From assembly GCA_963668645.2 (NCBI GenBank), contig CAXXWC010000010.1, forward strand, positions 288,001 through 352,000: a stretch of 64,000 nt of DNA, read 5' to 3'. The translations under genes were made by a program, and so were the position numbers. This document shows, one piece after another, positions 19,742-30,027 of this stretch. Positions within the stretch are counted from its first letter, which is position 1. Each line of letters opens with the position of its first letter. The notes beneath the pieces were generated by a model. That model was not told where the DNA came from. It saw only the letters and a list, made by a program, of their open reading frames with translations, and did not search any database. The DNA is from Desulfobacterales bacterium (GTDB taxonomy: Bacteria > Desulfobacterota > Desulfobacteria > Desulfobacterales > UBA2174).

Positions 19742-20098
19742 TTATGCTGTGTAGCTAACGGCCCCCACCGGGCAAACACTCACGCACAGAGGGCCTGTGT
19801 CCAGATCTTGACAGAGGTCACAACCCTCTCTTAGCAGCATGGGTTTGGCAGAAGCGTCTCCCTCATTTTCGGAATCGCTTTCCTCTCCGATTCGATTGAT
19901 TTCCACTCCTTCCGGCCGGGCGATGACCAGATTTTCCTCCTCTTTGAGCATGACACCAAAATAGTCGGTTTTTTCGCGAGCGCGGTAGGCGACGATGCAC
20001 GACGACAGAAATGTGAACCCATCGTCCCGGTGGAATCCGCAGGCCATTTCACAGGCCATACAACTTGTGCAGGCGATCGCATCAATCTGAATTCCCAT
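19742..20098 (-). CDS. 4Fe-4S ferredoxin-type subunit
   Basis: CTSCMACEMAC and CDLC...CVSVCPVGA. Confidence 0.88.
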   Translation of the reverse strand: MGIQIDAIACTSCMACEMACGFHRDDGFTFLSSCIVAYRAREKTDYFGVMLKEEENLVIARPEGVEINRIGEESDSENEGDASAKPMLLREGCDLCQDLDTGPLCVSVCPVGAVSYTA

Positions 20099-20375
20099 AA
20101 TTCGATCCCTTCATGGTTCACTGCATTCGGAGCAGATGAAACAGTCGGACCCGGACCTGGAGCAGAGGAACCTGAAACTGGAGGATCCATTTCCGAAGCG
20201 GCGCGGCGGCCGCAGAGAAAGAGCTGTCTCTGACAGGCTGTCAGCGCTGTTTCTGCCCGGGCCCTCTGCCGGCTCATTGGTCCTTTGACTTGCCAACAAC
20301 ACTACGGAATCGATCAATTTAATTTTCATATTTCGGGGGCTGACGAAATTGTCCTTAGCAAACAATGAAAAATAT

Positions 20376-20444
20376 TGTCAAGAATAAATTTTCAAAAAGT
20401 TTAAACATCCGATGTTTATAAAGTTTATAAATTTTCACTTGACA
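20376..20444. promoter_or_regulatory. Divergent promoters flanking a FadR/GntR-type operator
   Basis: Palindrome TAAACATC-C-GATGTTTA (20402-20418) lies between back-to-back TTGACA boxes (minus 20376-20381, plus 20439-20444). Confidence 0.75.
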
Positions 20445-20506
20445 GGGCCGGCCGCCTGGACTAAGAATAAATTGTATGTTCAGCGTCGGTTGTTGAAAGG
20501 ATTACG

Positions 20507-21262
20507 ATGTTCAAAACGATTAAAACCATTCGAGTTTCACAGAGTGTTGCCCACCAGATTCGCGATCTGATCATAGGGGGAAAACTGGCGCCGGGTCAGC
20601 GGCTGCCATCTGAAAAGGATCTGTCAGAGAAACTCGGCGTGAGCAAGTCCATGCTGAGGGAAGCCATTCGGATTTTGGAGACCCTTGGCATGATCACCGT
20701 CCGCCAGGGGGTTCAGGGGGGGGCTTTTGTCTGCGAGATCGACGGCAAAACCGTCCAGGAGCATCTGTACAACTACCTTTTCTTCCAAGACCCTCACATC
20801 AAAGACTTTACCCAGCTTCGGCTGATGATCGAACCTTCGGTCGCCAAAATCGCTGCCCAAAAAATCACCGACAAGGATGTGGCAGAACTCGACGACCTTT
20901 TGGTGCGCACCAAAAACGAATTGGACAAGGACGAATTCTTCTACGAGCTTGACAATACCTTCCACCACAAGCTATCTGAATTAACTGGCAATCCAGTGAT
21001 CGTTTTCGTCGTTGATTCAATGAAGGCGGCGGTGGCGCACATCAAAAAGGCCCGGAAGACCATTCCACGCTCATTTTTTTTCGAGGTCTACGAGGCGCAC
21101 CTGGAGATTGTCGGGGCGTTGAAAGCCCGTGATCCCGAAGGCGCCCAACAAGCAATGCGCAAACACATCAAGGAAGTGGAGGTGACGCTGGACTATTCGA
21201 ATGGAGATATGGCACCGGCTTTTGCTGCCGATCTAGTCTCCACCGCACAATCCGATATTTGA
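20507..21262 (+). CDS. FadR/GntR family transcriptional regulator
   Basis: GQRLPSEKDL...GVSKSMLREA wHTH and FCD domain (DNTFHH, H..IV.AL..RDPE.A..AM..H). Confidence 0.95.
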   Translation: MFKTIKTIRVSQSVAHQIRDLIIGGKLAPGQRLPSEKDLSEKLGVSKSMLREAIRILETLGMITVRQGVQGGAFVCEIDGKTVQEHLYNYLFFQDPHIKDFTQLRLMIEPSVAKIAAQKITDKDVAELDDLLVRTKNELDKDEFFYELDNTFHHKLSELTGNPVIVFVVDSMKAAVAHIKKARKTIPRSFFFEVYEAHLEIVGALKARDPEGAQQAMRKHIKEVEVTLDYSNGDMAPAFAADLVSTAQSDI

Positions 21263-21427
21263 GCTCTGCGGAATAGACGATTTAAGGGCATTAAATCCGT
21301 TCTACGGACCATTTCGGGGGAAATGACACAGGCGGATGCTGTCTCGGGGTGATGTTGTGCGCTGTAAAAAGCGCCCCGGGCAGAGGACGTAACCCCAAAG
21401 GCTGTCCAAAGAATGGAGGAATGTGCC

Positions 21428-22873
21428 ATGAACGAGGCAGTAACATCCCAGAAAGAGGCTCTCCCCACAATCCAGGCGTTGAAAAACATTGTCGGCGAAA
21501 AAAACGCCACGGATCACAAGCACATCCGCTACGCTTATTCCTACGATCTGAGTTTCGTCAAACGGAAAAATCCCGATTTCGTCGTCATGCCGACCACCGT
21601 CGAGCAGGTCCAGGGAATCATGCGCTTTGCCAACCGCGAAAAGATTCCTGTGGTCCCCTTTACGGCGGGGAGCAATATCGGCGGCCTTTGCATTCCCGAG
21701 CGGGGCGGCATTCTGATGGACCTGAAGCGGATGAACAAAATCATCCGCATCGACACCGAGTCGCATTACGCCGTCATCGAACCCGGGGTCTCCCACGCCA
21801 AACTCGCCGCAGCGCTTTACGAACACAAGCTGCGCTGGAGCTGGCCCGTCGGACCGCCTTCATCCTCTGTTTCTTCAAATGCCATCTGCCACGGCATCGG
21901 CGGGCTCAGCGGCCGCTACGGCCTGAACAGCGAAGAGATCACCAGCATCGAGGCAGTCCTGCCTGACGGGACCCTTATCCGCGCTGGAAGCTGTGCCATC
22001 CAGGAAGACAGTTGGCATAGCTGCCTGCCCCTGCCCCGGGTGGACGGTCTTTTCCCCGGTTGGCTGGGCACCACGGGGATCGTGACCAAAATCGGAGTGC
22101 GGGTCCATCCCATCCCGCCGGTGCTCAAGGTGTTCACCGTTTCAGCAGAGAACATCGAAGACATGGCCGCCTATATGCGCAACCTCGGCAATTACGAAAT
22201 CTGCGATGATCTCACCGGCGTTTCCTGGTGGCTTTCCCAGGTGCCCATTCCTTATCCATACATACCCAAGCCTCAGGGAGAACCGGAGTGGGTCAGCTTC
22301 GGCACCACCTTTTCCTGGACAGAGAAAGAAAAGGAGGCTCGGGAAGAAATCTGGGAGGCTGTCGTCGAAGAGGAGCAAAAGAGAGGCACCTCTGTGAAAA
22401 AGGCGGTCTATCCGGAAGAGGCACTCAGGGCAAGGACCCAACTGCCGAGCCAGATCGTCGGCTCGACGAAGAACTACACCAAAATGGCCGGCGGCGGCAT
22501 CTCCTGGCCGGGGACGTTCACCCCCCTGAACAAGTGGGCTCCCGTCTACAACGAATGGAAAAGAATTCTCACCGCTCAAAACCTTTCTCCGGCAACCCGG
22601 GTGACCAACTACCGCGGCGTTCACTATGGAATGCTGCGGGTGATGATTCCGTTTCCGAAGAAGGATCCGGAAGCCACTGAAAAGGCGCGCCGTGCCATCG
22701 TCGAATGTCTGAAAGTCGACCTGGACAACGGGGGCATTCCCTACAAGCCACCGGTCGATTTCGGCCTCGAGATCAACAGGCGTGCGCATCCCGGGTATAT
22801 CGATCTGCTGCGACGGGTGAAGCAGATGCTGGATCCCAACGACATCATGAATCCGGGCAAACTAGCGATATAA
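21428..22873 (+). CDS. FAD-binding oxidoreductase, GlcD/D-lactate dehydrogenase (VAO) family
   Basis: VVMPTTVEQV, GSNIGG, MDLKRMNKI, EPGV, GTTGIVTK, DPNDIMNPGK. GGAGGA RBS. Confidence 0.92.
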   Translation: MNEAVTSQKEALPTIQALKNIVGEKNATDHKHIRYAYSYDLSFVKRKNPDFVVMPTTVEQVQGIMRFANREKIPVVPFTAGSNIGGLCIPERGGILMDLKRMNKIIRIDTESHYAVIEPGVSHAKLAAALYEHKLRWSWPVGPPSSSVSSNAICHGIGGLSGRYGLNSEEITSIEAVLPDGTLIRAGSCAIQEDSWHSCLPLPRVDGLFPGWLGTTGIVTKIGVRVHPIPPVLKVFTVSAENIEDMAAYMRNLGNYEICDDLTGVSWWLSQVPIPYPYIPKPQGEPEWVSFGTTFSWTEKEKEAREEIWEAVVEEEQKRGTSVKKAVYPEEALRARTQLPSQIVGSTKNYTKMAGGGISWPGTFTPLNKWAPVYNEWKRILTAQNLSPATRVTNYRGVHYGMLRVMIPFPKKDPEATEKARRAIVECLKVDLDNGGIPYKPPVDFGLEINRRAHPGYIDLLRRVKQMLDPNDIMNPGKLAI

Positions 22874-23087
22874 CCGCGCGCCGGCCACCCCCGCACGGGG
22901 CGGCGTTCGGTGGTGGTTTGGGGCCGCCCCGGCGGCCCGGGACAACCTGGCCGGGCGTGCGTTGCAGTAAGTTGGAAACCGGTGCAGTCAAGGACGCCGG
23001 AACATGCCGGTGTACGATCACCCCTCCCGGATTGGTGACAGGAAAATCCGGGGCATCTCACCTCAAGCAGATAAGGAGTAACGCGAA

Positions 23088-24581
23088 ATGGCACTGTTAG
23101 AAGAACCGATCAAAGGCAAGCCGTTGGTCAAAAACTACGTCGACGGCGAATGGGTGGAATCCAAGGGCGAAACCGTCGAGGTCGTCAATCCGGTAAACAA
23201 CGAGGTCATCGGGTACGTCGGCATCTCCACGGAAGAGGAGATCAACGAGGCCGTGGCCGCGGCCAAAGAAGCCCAGATCGAATGGCGCCGGACGCCGCCT
23301 GTGGCCAGGGCCCGCTACCTGTACCGGCTGCTGAACCTGCTGGAGGAAAACTTCGAGGAAATCAGCCGTATCCAGACGCAGGAGCACGGGAAAACCATCG
23401 ATGAATCCCGTGGTGAATCCCGCCGGGGCATCGAAAATGTGGAAGTGGCCTGCGGTATCCCGAGCCTGATGATGGGAACCAGTTCCGAAGACATCGCCTC
23501 GGGCATCGATGAATACCTCATGAGGGTGCCGGTGGGGGCCTTCGGTATCATCGGCCCCTTCAACTTTCCTTTCATGATTCCCCTCTGGTCTGCGCCATAC
23601 GCCGTGGCGACAGGCAACACCGTAGTGGTCAAGCCCTCCAGTGAGGTGCCCTTCAGCCAACTGAAAGTCATGGAGCTGATCGACGAGGCCGGTTTCCCGC
23701 CGGGAGTCTGGAATACGGTCAACGGCGGGCGCACCGTCGTCAAGGGCATGCTGGACAACGAGAAACTCGAAGGGATTACCTTCGTCGGCTCCACGCCGGT
23801 GGCCCGTGACGTTATCTACCCCGGCTGCGGGCAGACCGGCAAACGCTGCATCGCCCAGGGCGGCGCGGCCAACATCATGGTCATCATGCCCGACTGCAAC
23901 ATAAAACGCTCCATTCCCGGTTTGATGACCTCCTTTTTCGGAAACGCCGGGCAGCGCTGCCTGGCCGGCCAGACGCTGTGCATCGTCGGAGAAGACAACG
24001 GATTCTACCAGGAATTCGTCGATGCCTGCGTGGCGACGGCCAAAAACATCGTGATCGGCAACGGCCTGGATGAATCCGTACAAATGGGACCGCTCCGCGA
24101 CATCCGGAAAAAGGAAACCATCCTGGCAAAAATCGAGGCCGGTCTGAAAGACGGCGCCAAAATGCTGCTCGACGGCCGGACCAAAATGGACATTACAGGT
24201 GACTATCCGGACACCTGCTTTATCGGCCCGACGATCATGGACAACGTCGACCGCAGCAGCAATCTGGTGCGCGACGAAATCTTCGGCCCCACGATGGGCA
24301 TCATGAGGACCAAGACCCTGGAGGAGGCGATCGAAATCGTCAACGAAAACCCGTACCACAATTCAACCGCCATTTTTACCAGCAGCGGGAAAAATGCGCG
24401 CCAGTTCAGCTATGAGGTGGAATGCGGTGATGTGGGAATCAACATCGGCATTGTGGCACCCATGGCCTGGTTCCCCTTCAGCGGTATGAAAGGCTCGTTT
24501 TACGGCGTCAATCACACGCAGGGCCAGGAGGCGATTCGTTTTTTCACCGAAAGCAAAGTCTGCATCCACAGATGGATATAA
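23088..24581 (+). CDS. mmsA: CoA-acylating (methyl)malonate-semialdehyde dehydrogenase
   Basis: PFNFPFMIPLW, FVGSTPVA, AQGGAAN, FFGNAGQRCLA, EIFGP, FPFSGMKGSF. Confidence 0.88.
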   Translation: MALLEEPIKGKPLVKNYVDGEWVESKGETVEVVNPVNNEVIGYVGISTEEEINEAVAAAKEAQIEWRRTPPVARARYLYRLLNLLEENFEEISRIQTQEHGKTIDESRGESRRGIENVEVACGIPSLMMGTSSEDIASGIDEYLMRVPVGAFGIIGPFNFPFMIPLWSAPYAVATGNTVVVKPSSEVPFSQLKVMELIDEAGFPPGVWNTVNGGRTVVKGMLDNEKLEGITFVGSTPVARDVIYPGCGQTGKRCIAQGGAANIMVIMPDCNIKRSIPGLMTSFFGNAGQRCLAGQTLCIVGEDNGFYQEFVDACVATAKNIVIGNGLDESVQMGPLRDIRKKETILAKIEAGLKDGAKMLLDGRTKMDITGDYPDTCFIGPTIMDNVDRSSNLVRDEIFGPTMGIMRTKTLEEAIEIVNENPYHNSTAIFTSSGKNARQFSYEVECGDVGINIGIVAPMAWFPFSGMKGSFYGVNHTQGQEAIRFFTESKVCIHRWI

Positions 24582-24600
24582 TCAGCAAGGAGAACTATCG

Positions 24601-25032
24601 ATGAGAATGCAAACCGCTTCCGAAACCCTAACCTACATGGAAACGCTTCAAAAACAGGCGACGGCCTTCTATGAAGCGATCTTGGAAAAGTACGGCAAGA
24701 ACGAGGAGGTGTTGAAGACCTTTATCAAGGAGAACAAGCGGTTCAACAGCGATATTATGTTCTCCTATCGTTCGGTGATCTCCGATGCCCTGGAAGGCTG
24801 TTATGCCTTCAACCTGGAATCCGACGATTTCGTGCTGGATACGCAGTTAAGCGACGGTCTGAGCTACAAAGACGCCATCGCCAAGGCCATCGGCGTGGAA
24901 GAGCGGCTGATCGCCTTCTACGAGACCGGGGCAGCACAGTCGGCGGATCTGATGGCCGACGTGCCGCGGGCAATGCTGCGCGTCGTCAAAAAACTGAAAA
25001 ACAAGCGGTTGCCCCAGCTATCGTCACTGTAA
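24601..25032 (+). CDS. Small ferritin/rubrerythrin-like helical protein
   Basis: AAGGAG RBS. E..A..FYE and AIGVEERLIAFYE repeats. Confidence 0.7.
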   Translation: MRMQTASETLTYMETLQKQATAFYEAILEKYGKNEEVLKTFIKENKRFNSDIMFSYRSVISDALEGCYAFNLESDDFVLDTQLSDGLSYKDAIAKAIGVEERLIAFYETGAAQSADLMADVPRAMLRVVKKLKNKRLPQLSSL

Positions 25033-25238
25033 CTGCCGGCGGCGGTCCAGAAAGGGCCGCTGCCGCAATGCCGATGCCGGTGGCGGATCGCGCTGCGGGG
25101 TAAAATTGCCGCCAAGCGCAACTGCGAATTGGCTGGGGCAGGTTCGAGAATATCTCCCGGCAGCGGATCCGTCACCCCATATCGCTGCATGTCGACCGGC
25201 TCGGGCTGGCCGCGCAGGAAAAAACAAAAGGAAAAAAG

Positions 25239-25424
25239 ATGAGCCAAAAGAAACGCAAATCCTGCCCGATCAGACATGTCAATTTCTATATCGTAACCCA
25301 GGAGGATGGGACGCACAAAATCAAGTGTGTCAACAGCAAGACTTGCGGTGATGAGTGCCCCTATTTGAAAGATCCGAAGTACCAGTTCGAGTACAATCGG
25401 GCACCTCAGTTTACCGCAAAATAA
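25239..25424 (+). CDS. Small 4-Cys hypothetical protein (61 aa)
   Basis: AAGGA RBS. CP...C-x5-C-x3-CPY. Confidence 0.6.
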   Translation: MSQKKRKSCPIRHVNFYIVTQEDGTHKIKCVNSKTCGDECPYLKDPKYQFEYNRAPQFTAK

Positions 25425-25579
25425 CAGACAATGACGGCCTGAAGAACAAAGCATCCAGGAACAGCTCCCGCTCCAGCGACGACGGCGACATCTCCTATCA
25501 GGTATCCTGGACAGCTATTTGACAACCATTTTCCTGATTGACGGCACTTACACATCAATAGGTAAATGGAGGCTGAAAA

Positions 25580-26890
25580 ATGAACTGGAACATTCCCCAA
25601 CTGGAGGACCTGGAAGAGAAGATCTGGCGGTGCACGGCCTGCGGTAACTGCAAAGCCGCATACACTTACGGCCCGCCGCCGACATTTGGCGAAATCTGCC
25701 CGGCCGGAGTCGAATTCGGCTTCGACGGCAATTTCGCCTCCAAAGGGAAGATGGCGTTTGCCCGGGGCATCCTCGACGGTGAACTGCCCTGGACCCCGGA
25801 GTTTGTCGACGCCATTTACAAGTGCACGGTTTGCGGTGGCTGCCAGAACCAATGCGAACTGGACCACAAGCCGTTCATCCCGGAGATTATCGAGGCCATG
25901 CGCAGAAAAGCCTTCGATGACGGCGCCGGCCCCATGCCGAGCCAGAAGGTGATCGCACAATCAATGGCCAGCTTCGATAATCCCTACCAGGGGCCCCGCC
26001 GGGTTCGAACCGACTGGACCCGTTCCCTTAAAAAAGCGGGCAACCCGGTCAAAGACATCATGAAAAAGGGGGCGCCGATCCTTTATTATGTCGGATGCAC
26101 CGGTGCCTTCAACCTGCCGGTACGCAACCTGCCGGTGGCAACGGCCTCGATTTTCCAAAAACTGGGCCTCGATTTCGGGATTCTCGGAGAAAACGAGGTC
26201 TGCTGCGGATCGACGGCCATGCGCCTGGGAGACCACAACGCTTTCAAGCGTGTGGCAAGCCACAACCTTGAACTGTTTAAAAAGCTAAGAGAGGAAAAAG
26301 GGGTCAAAACGATCGTGACCTCCTGTGCCGGGTGCTACCGGGCGTTCAAAAAAGACTACAGCATGTCGGACCAGTATGAAGAGATGATCGGGGATATGAA
26401 GATCATCCACACGGTCGACTTTCTCTACGATCTGTGGGAAAAGGGCGAACTCCAGTTCACCAAGGAAGTGCCCTGGAAGGTGACCTATCACGACCCCTGC
26501 CATACCGGCCGCCACCTGACCCACTATAAAATCGACGAAGACGGCAGCGTCCAGTGGGCCGGTTCCTACCTGGGGCAAGACCGGAGCGACTGCCTTTATG
26601 AACTGCCCCGCGACATGCTCAAAGCCATACCGGGAATCGAGCTGTACGAGATGCCGCGCAACCGTGACAATTCCTACTGCTGCGGCGGCGGCGGCGGCTG
26701 CATGACCGGGTTTCCGGACTGGGCGGCCAAAAACGCCAGCCTGCGCATCGAGGAAGGCCTGAGCACCGGCGCCGAACAGATGGTCTCCATCTGTCCGTTC
26801 TGTCATTACAACCTCAACCAGGGCTCCAAACGGATCCAAAGCCCGATGAAGCTCTATGATCTTGTCGAGCTGATCGATATGGCAACCTGA
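25580..26890 (+). CDS. GlcF/HdrD-like Fe-S (CCG domain) oxidoreductase subunit
   Basis: CTACGNC, CTVCGGCQNQC, CCGS, YHDPCHTGR, CCGGGGG, CPFC. Confidence 0.92.
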   Translation: MNWNIPQLEDLEEKIWRCTACGNCKAAYTYGPPPTFGEICPAGVEFGFDGNFASKGKMAFARGILDGELPWTPEFVDAIYKCTVCGGCQNQCELDHKPFIPEIIEAMRRKAFDDGAGPMPSQKVIAQSMASFDNPYQGPRRVRTDWTRSLKKAGNPVKDIMKKGAPILYYVGCTGAFNLPVRNLPVATASIFQKLGLDFGILGENEVCCGSTAMRLGDHNAFKRVASHNLELFKKLREEKGVKTIVTSCAGCYRAFKKDYSMSDQYEEMIGDMKIIHTVDFLYDLWEKGELQFTKEVPWKVTYHDPCHTGRHLTHYKIDEDGSVQWAGSYLGQDRSDCLYELPRDMLKAIPGIELYEMPRNRDNSYCCGGGGGCMTGFPDWAAKNASLRIEEGLSTGAEQMVSICPFCHYNLNQGSKRIQSPMKLYDLVELIDMAT

Positions 26891-27105
26891 TACCGCTGTC
26901 TTACACCGATAAGATTCGAAGGGGGGCCCGATTGACGCGATTGCTGAAAAACGCCCCCTTTCGAATTTATCCCGGGAAGCAAACCTGAAAAGCAGGAGAC
27001 AGGGTAACCAGGGTTGCCGGTGAAAAAGGCGGTTTTAAATGAACGGCGTTTATTCCTCTGTTCGGACCTCAATTGCTAAAAGTCAGATGACTATGGAGGA
27101 TGAGC

Positions 27106-28485
27106 ATGGCGATCACTCGACAATACGGGGAGGAGCAGCCATACAGTGCCGGGGCATTGAAACTGCGCATTCCCTTCGTTCACTACCGTTTCGAGTATCA
27201 GGATTTCATCCAGGGGATCATCCTGTGCTGCGTTCCTCTCGGCATCACCGCTGCCATGACCCAGGTCATGGGAATTCCCATCGAGGTTGCCGTCCTGATG
27301 GTGGTAATCAACAATTTCCTCTATCTGCTGCATCTGTCCTTCGGAGACCCCGCCATCAGCGGATGGATTACGGCTGGAATCCCCCTGTACATTACTTTTC
27401 TGGGAGATTTCCAGGCGGGACCGGAACGCATCCAGGCGATGATCGCCCTGCAGGTGCTGCTGGGTCTTATTTTCATGGTGCTGGGGGTTACCGGAATCAT
27501 CAAGCTGGTGATCAAGCATTTTCCGATATCCATGCGGGCCGGGATTCTGCTGGGGGCGGGATTTGCATCCTTGATGCGGATCTTCGACCCGGGCCAGCCC
27601 TTTGTCGGAGAAATGCCGATCTCCTTTTTGTTTGCTGCGCTATTTAGTTTCTTTATGCTTTTTTCTATCCGCGGCATGGAGTATCGCAAAAAACACGGCT
27701 GGTTCGCCTGGGCCGCAGGATTCGGCATCGCCCCCGGATTCGTTTTCGGCTACCTGCTCGGGCTGTTCACCGGAGAAATCGCACCTCCGGTCCAGGTGTT
27801 CGACCGCTTTATTATCGATATTCCATTTGGAAAAATGATCACCTCTTTCAGTGTGCTGGGCGTCGGCATGCCGCCCCTGTCGACATGGGTGGCTGCCATC
27901 TCCCCGGCCGTGGTCGCCTATATTTTGGCTTTCGGCGATATTTTGGTACTCGAAGCCATGATCGATGAGGCTGAAAAGGCCCGTGCCGACGAAAAAATTC
28001 CGTTCAGCCCCTCCCGGAACCATATCGTCACAGCGGTGCGCAACCTGGTGGAGGGCTTTTTTACGCCCTATCTTCCGCTGTGCGGCCCGCAATGGACCGG
28101 CGCCCAGGCATTGATCGTGAATCGCTACAAACTTGCAACCCCCGAGCAGGAGCCTTCTTACTGGGGCGGGGCCACCTCTTTTTTCTGGGCCATGGGGTTT
28201 GCCATGATTTTTCATCCCGTCGTCCAGATCATCTTGCCGGCAAAACTCATCGGTTTCGGTCTAACCCTGATCATTCAAGGCTATCTGTGCATCTACATCG
28301 CCTTTGCCATGTGTGAGACCAACGTCCAGCGCGGCATCGCCGGCATCATGGGGGCTGTTTTGGTTTCGGGCAATTATGTCAAGCTATGGGGCAGTCCCTT
28401 CTGGTCCGGCCCGACCATGGCCCTGATTATCGGTACCGTGCTCTACTTCAGCCTGGAACATTACACCGTAAAGGAAGCGAAATAA
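27106..28485 (+). CDS. Secondary permease, NCS2/xanthine-uracil-ascorbate-like superfamily
   Basis: About 460 aa with 12-14 TM segments. GGAGG RBS before MAITRQ. YILAFGD motif. Confidence 0.75.
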   Translation: MAITRQYGEEQPYSAGALKLRIPFVHYRFEYQDFIQGIILCCVPLGITAAMTQVMGIPIEVAVLMVVINNFLYLLHLSFGDPAISGWITAGIPLYITFLGDFQAGPERIQAMIALQVLLGLIFMVLGVTGIIKLVIKHFPISMRAGILLGAGFASLMRIFDPGQPFVGEMPISFLFAALFSFFMLFSIRGMEYRKKHGWFAWAAGFGIAPGFVFGYLLGLFTGEIAPPVQVFDRFIIDIPFGKMITSFSVLGVGMPPLSTWVAAISPAVVAYILAFGDILVLEAMIDEAEKARADEKIPFSPSRNHIVTAVRNLVEGFFTPYLPLCGPQWTGAQALIVNRYKLATPEQEPSYWGGATSFFWAMGFAMIFHPVVQIILPAKLIGFGLTLIIQGYLCIYIAFAMCETNVQRGIAGIMGAVLVSGNYVKLWGSPFWSGPTMALIIGTVLYFSLEHYTVKEAK

Positions 28486-28586
28486 CAGCAGGAACCAACT
28501 TGGCCTGAGGGCCAGCTTGCGGCAACGCCCCTGCACTTTTTCGACACGGCAAAGGGCAGGGGCGAAACGCCGGGGACACCGAGCGC

Positions 28587-28823
28587 ATGGCAACCGTAAA
28601 ACAGAACATCCGGAGAAACTTTATCGTGCTGCTGAAGGCAGGTCTGCCTTACACCCTCGCCGGAATCGTGGCCGTGTTCGGCGGCATCTGGGTGATCCGG
28701 CGCTTGTTCGAGGGCCATCCCTGGCAAAACGGCCTGCTGCTGCTCTGGCTGGCCCTTTTCTGGTTCGTTTATCAGCCGTTGTTTCATCGGCGAATCCGGC
28801 AGGTGAAGAAACACTTGAAATAA
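28587..28823 (+). CDS. Small 2-TM membrane protein
   Basis: 78 aa, two hydrophobic segments, basic C-terminus, co-oriented in the operon. Confidence 0.6.
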   Translation: MATVKQNIRRNFIVLLKAGLPYTLAGIVAVFGGIWVIRRLFEGHPWQNGLLLLWLALFWFVYQPLFHRRIRQVKKHLK

Positions 28824-28911
28824 AAAGGCGGATCTGGCAAGGCCTTCAAAAGGGCGATATGAACGAGACGTCGGTCCTCTTTCGACATTCGGGACTGGAG
28901 GACATTCCCCC

Positions 28912-29997
28912 ATGACAACCGCCCGACCCCGCATCGTTTTTCTGGGATGCCCGCTGGACAGCGACGAACAGCACGAGGCCTTTCTTGAAAAAAAACAAGG
29001 ACGGCTTCCGCCCGGTTTCGGTGACGATCCGTACGAAGCCGTGATGAGCCTGATCTCCCGAGAGATCCCGGAGCCGCTTTGGGAATCGATGGGCTCCTTG
29101 CCCGTTCCTGACTGGCTGCGCCCCATGCCCTCATTGGCATCCACGGCGCAGGTCACTCCTGAGGCAATGGTCAGATTCATCGACGGAGACGGTTGCCGTC
29201 GTTTCGCCGAATCGCTCCAGGAAGTCGTCGCCGCTGAAATTCTGCCCAACATTCCCTGCCTGATCGGGGTGGACCATTCGTTGACCGGCGGCGTGTATAA
29301 CGCATTGGTCGAACGCTTCGGTGCAGATCGTCTTTCTTTGGTGGTGATCGACAGCCACACCGATGCGATACCGACAGGTGTCCTTGCCGGGGCGGTTGGC
29401 TACGACATGGACACCAATCCGCATTCTCGCTACGATCCGGCCGATCCCCTCCTGTACAATCGAACAGACGCTTATCACGCGAGCAGCTTTGTCCATCATC
29501 TGCTGGCGGAAAAGCGTGTCGCCCCGCGAAATCTCTATCTTGTCGGGGTTGGCGACCATCCAGACAAAAAAACAGCGCGCATTAAAGACGATCGGATGGC
29601 CCGCTATGTGGCCGCCTTTTCCCGGCTGCAGCGCAGTGGAGTTGGAGTGGTTACCAAAAAAGATTTGACACTTCAACCTTCCAAGTTCTACCGTTTGATG
29701 CAGCGAATCGATACGCCCTATGTGTATATCTCCATCGACATGGATATCGGGGCCGGCAATGCCCTGGAGGGCGTTCGATTCCGCAACCGGCGGGGGATCT
29801 CCGAAAAACAGATCTACCGGCTGGGCGACGCGTTGTGCCAATGCCTGGAAAACGGGATCGCGCTGGCGGGCATGGACGTGTGTGAATTCAATCCCCGCCG
29901 TGCGGGAGGATCGGATCAGACCTATCGGATCGCAGCGAATCTGATCGCCCAAATTGCATTCGGCCGGGGGCGCAAGCCTCCGGCCAGGGGGGCCTGA
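28912..29997 (+). CDS. Arginase/ureohydrolase family protein
   Basis: GVDHS, DSHTD, SIDMD, CEFNP metal-binding motifs. GGAGG RBS. Confidence 0.88.
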   Translation: MTTARPRIVFLGCPLDSDEQHEAFLEKKQGRLPPGFGDDPYEAVMSLISREIPEPLWESMGSLPVPDWLRPMPSLASTAQVTPEAMVRFIDGDGCRRFAESLQEVVAAEILPNIPCLIGVDHSLTGGVYNALVERFGADRLSLVVIDSHTDAIPTGVLAGAVGYDMDTNPHSRYDPADPLLYNRTDAYHASSFVHHLLAEKRVAPRNLYLVGVGDHPDKKTARIKDDRMARYVAAFSRLQRSGVGVVTKKDLTLQPSKFYRLMQRIDTPYVYISIDMDIGAGNALEGVRFRNRRGISEKQIYRLGDALCQCLENGIALAGMDVCEFNPRRAGGSDQTYRIAANLIAQIAFGRGRKPPARGA

Positions 29998-30027
29998 GAC
30001 GGGCGTAGCCGTTTGGAGAGGCTCTCG

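Noticed and set aside
20111..20365. 84-aa ORF with Cys-rich end, or a Moco/W riboswitch, in the leader of the AOR-like operon
   Set aside because: No good RBS, the ORF overlaps the promoter, and I could not find the conserved Moco riboswitch elements.
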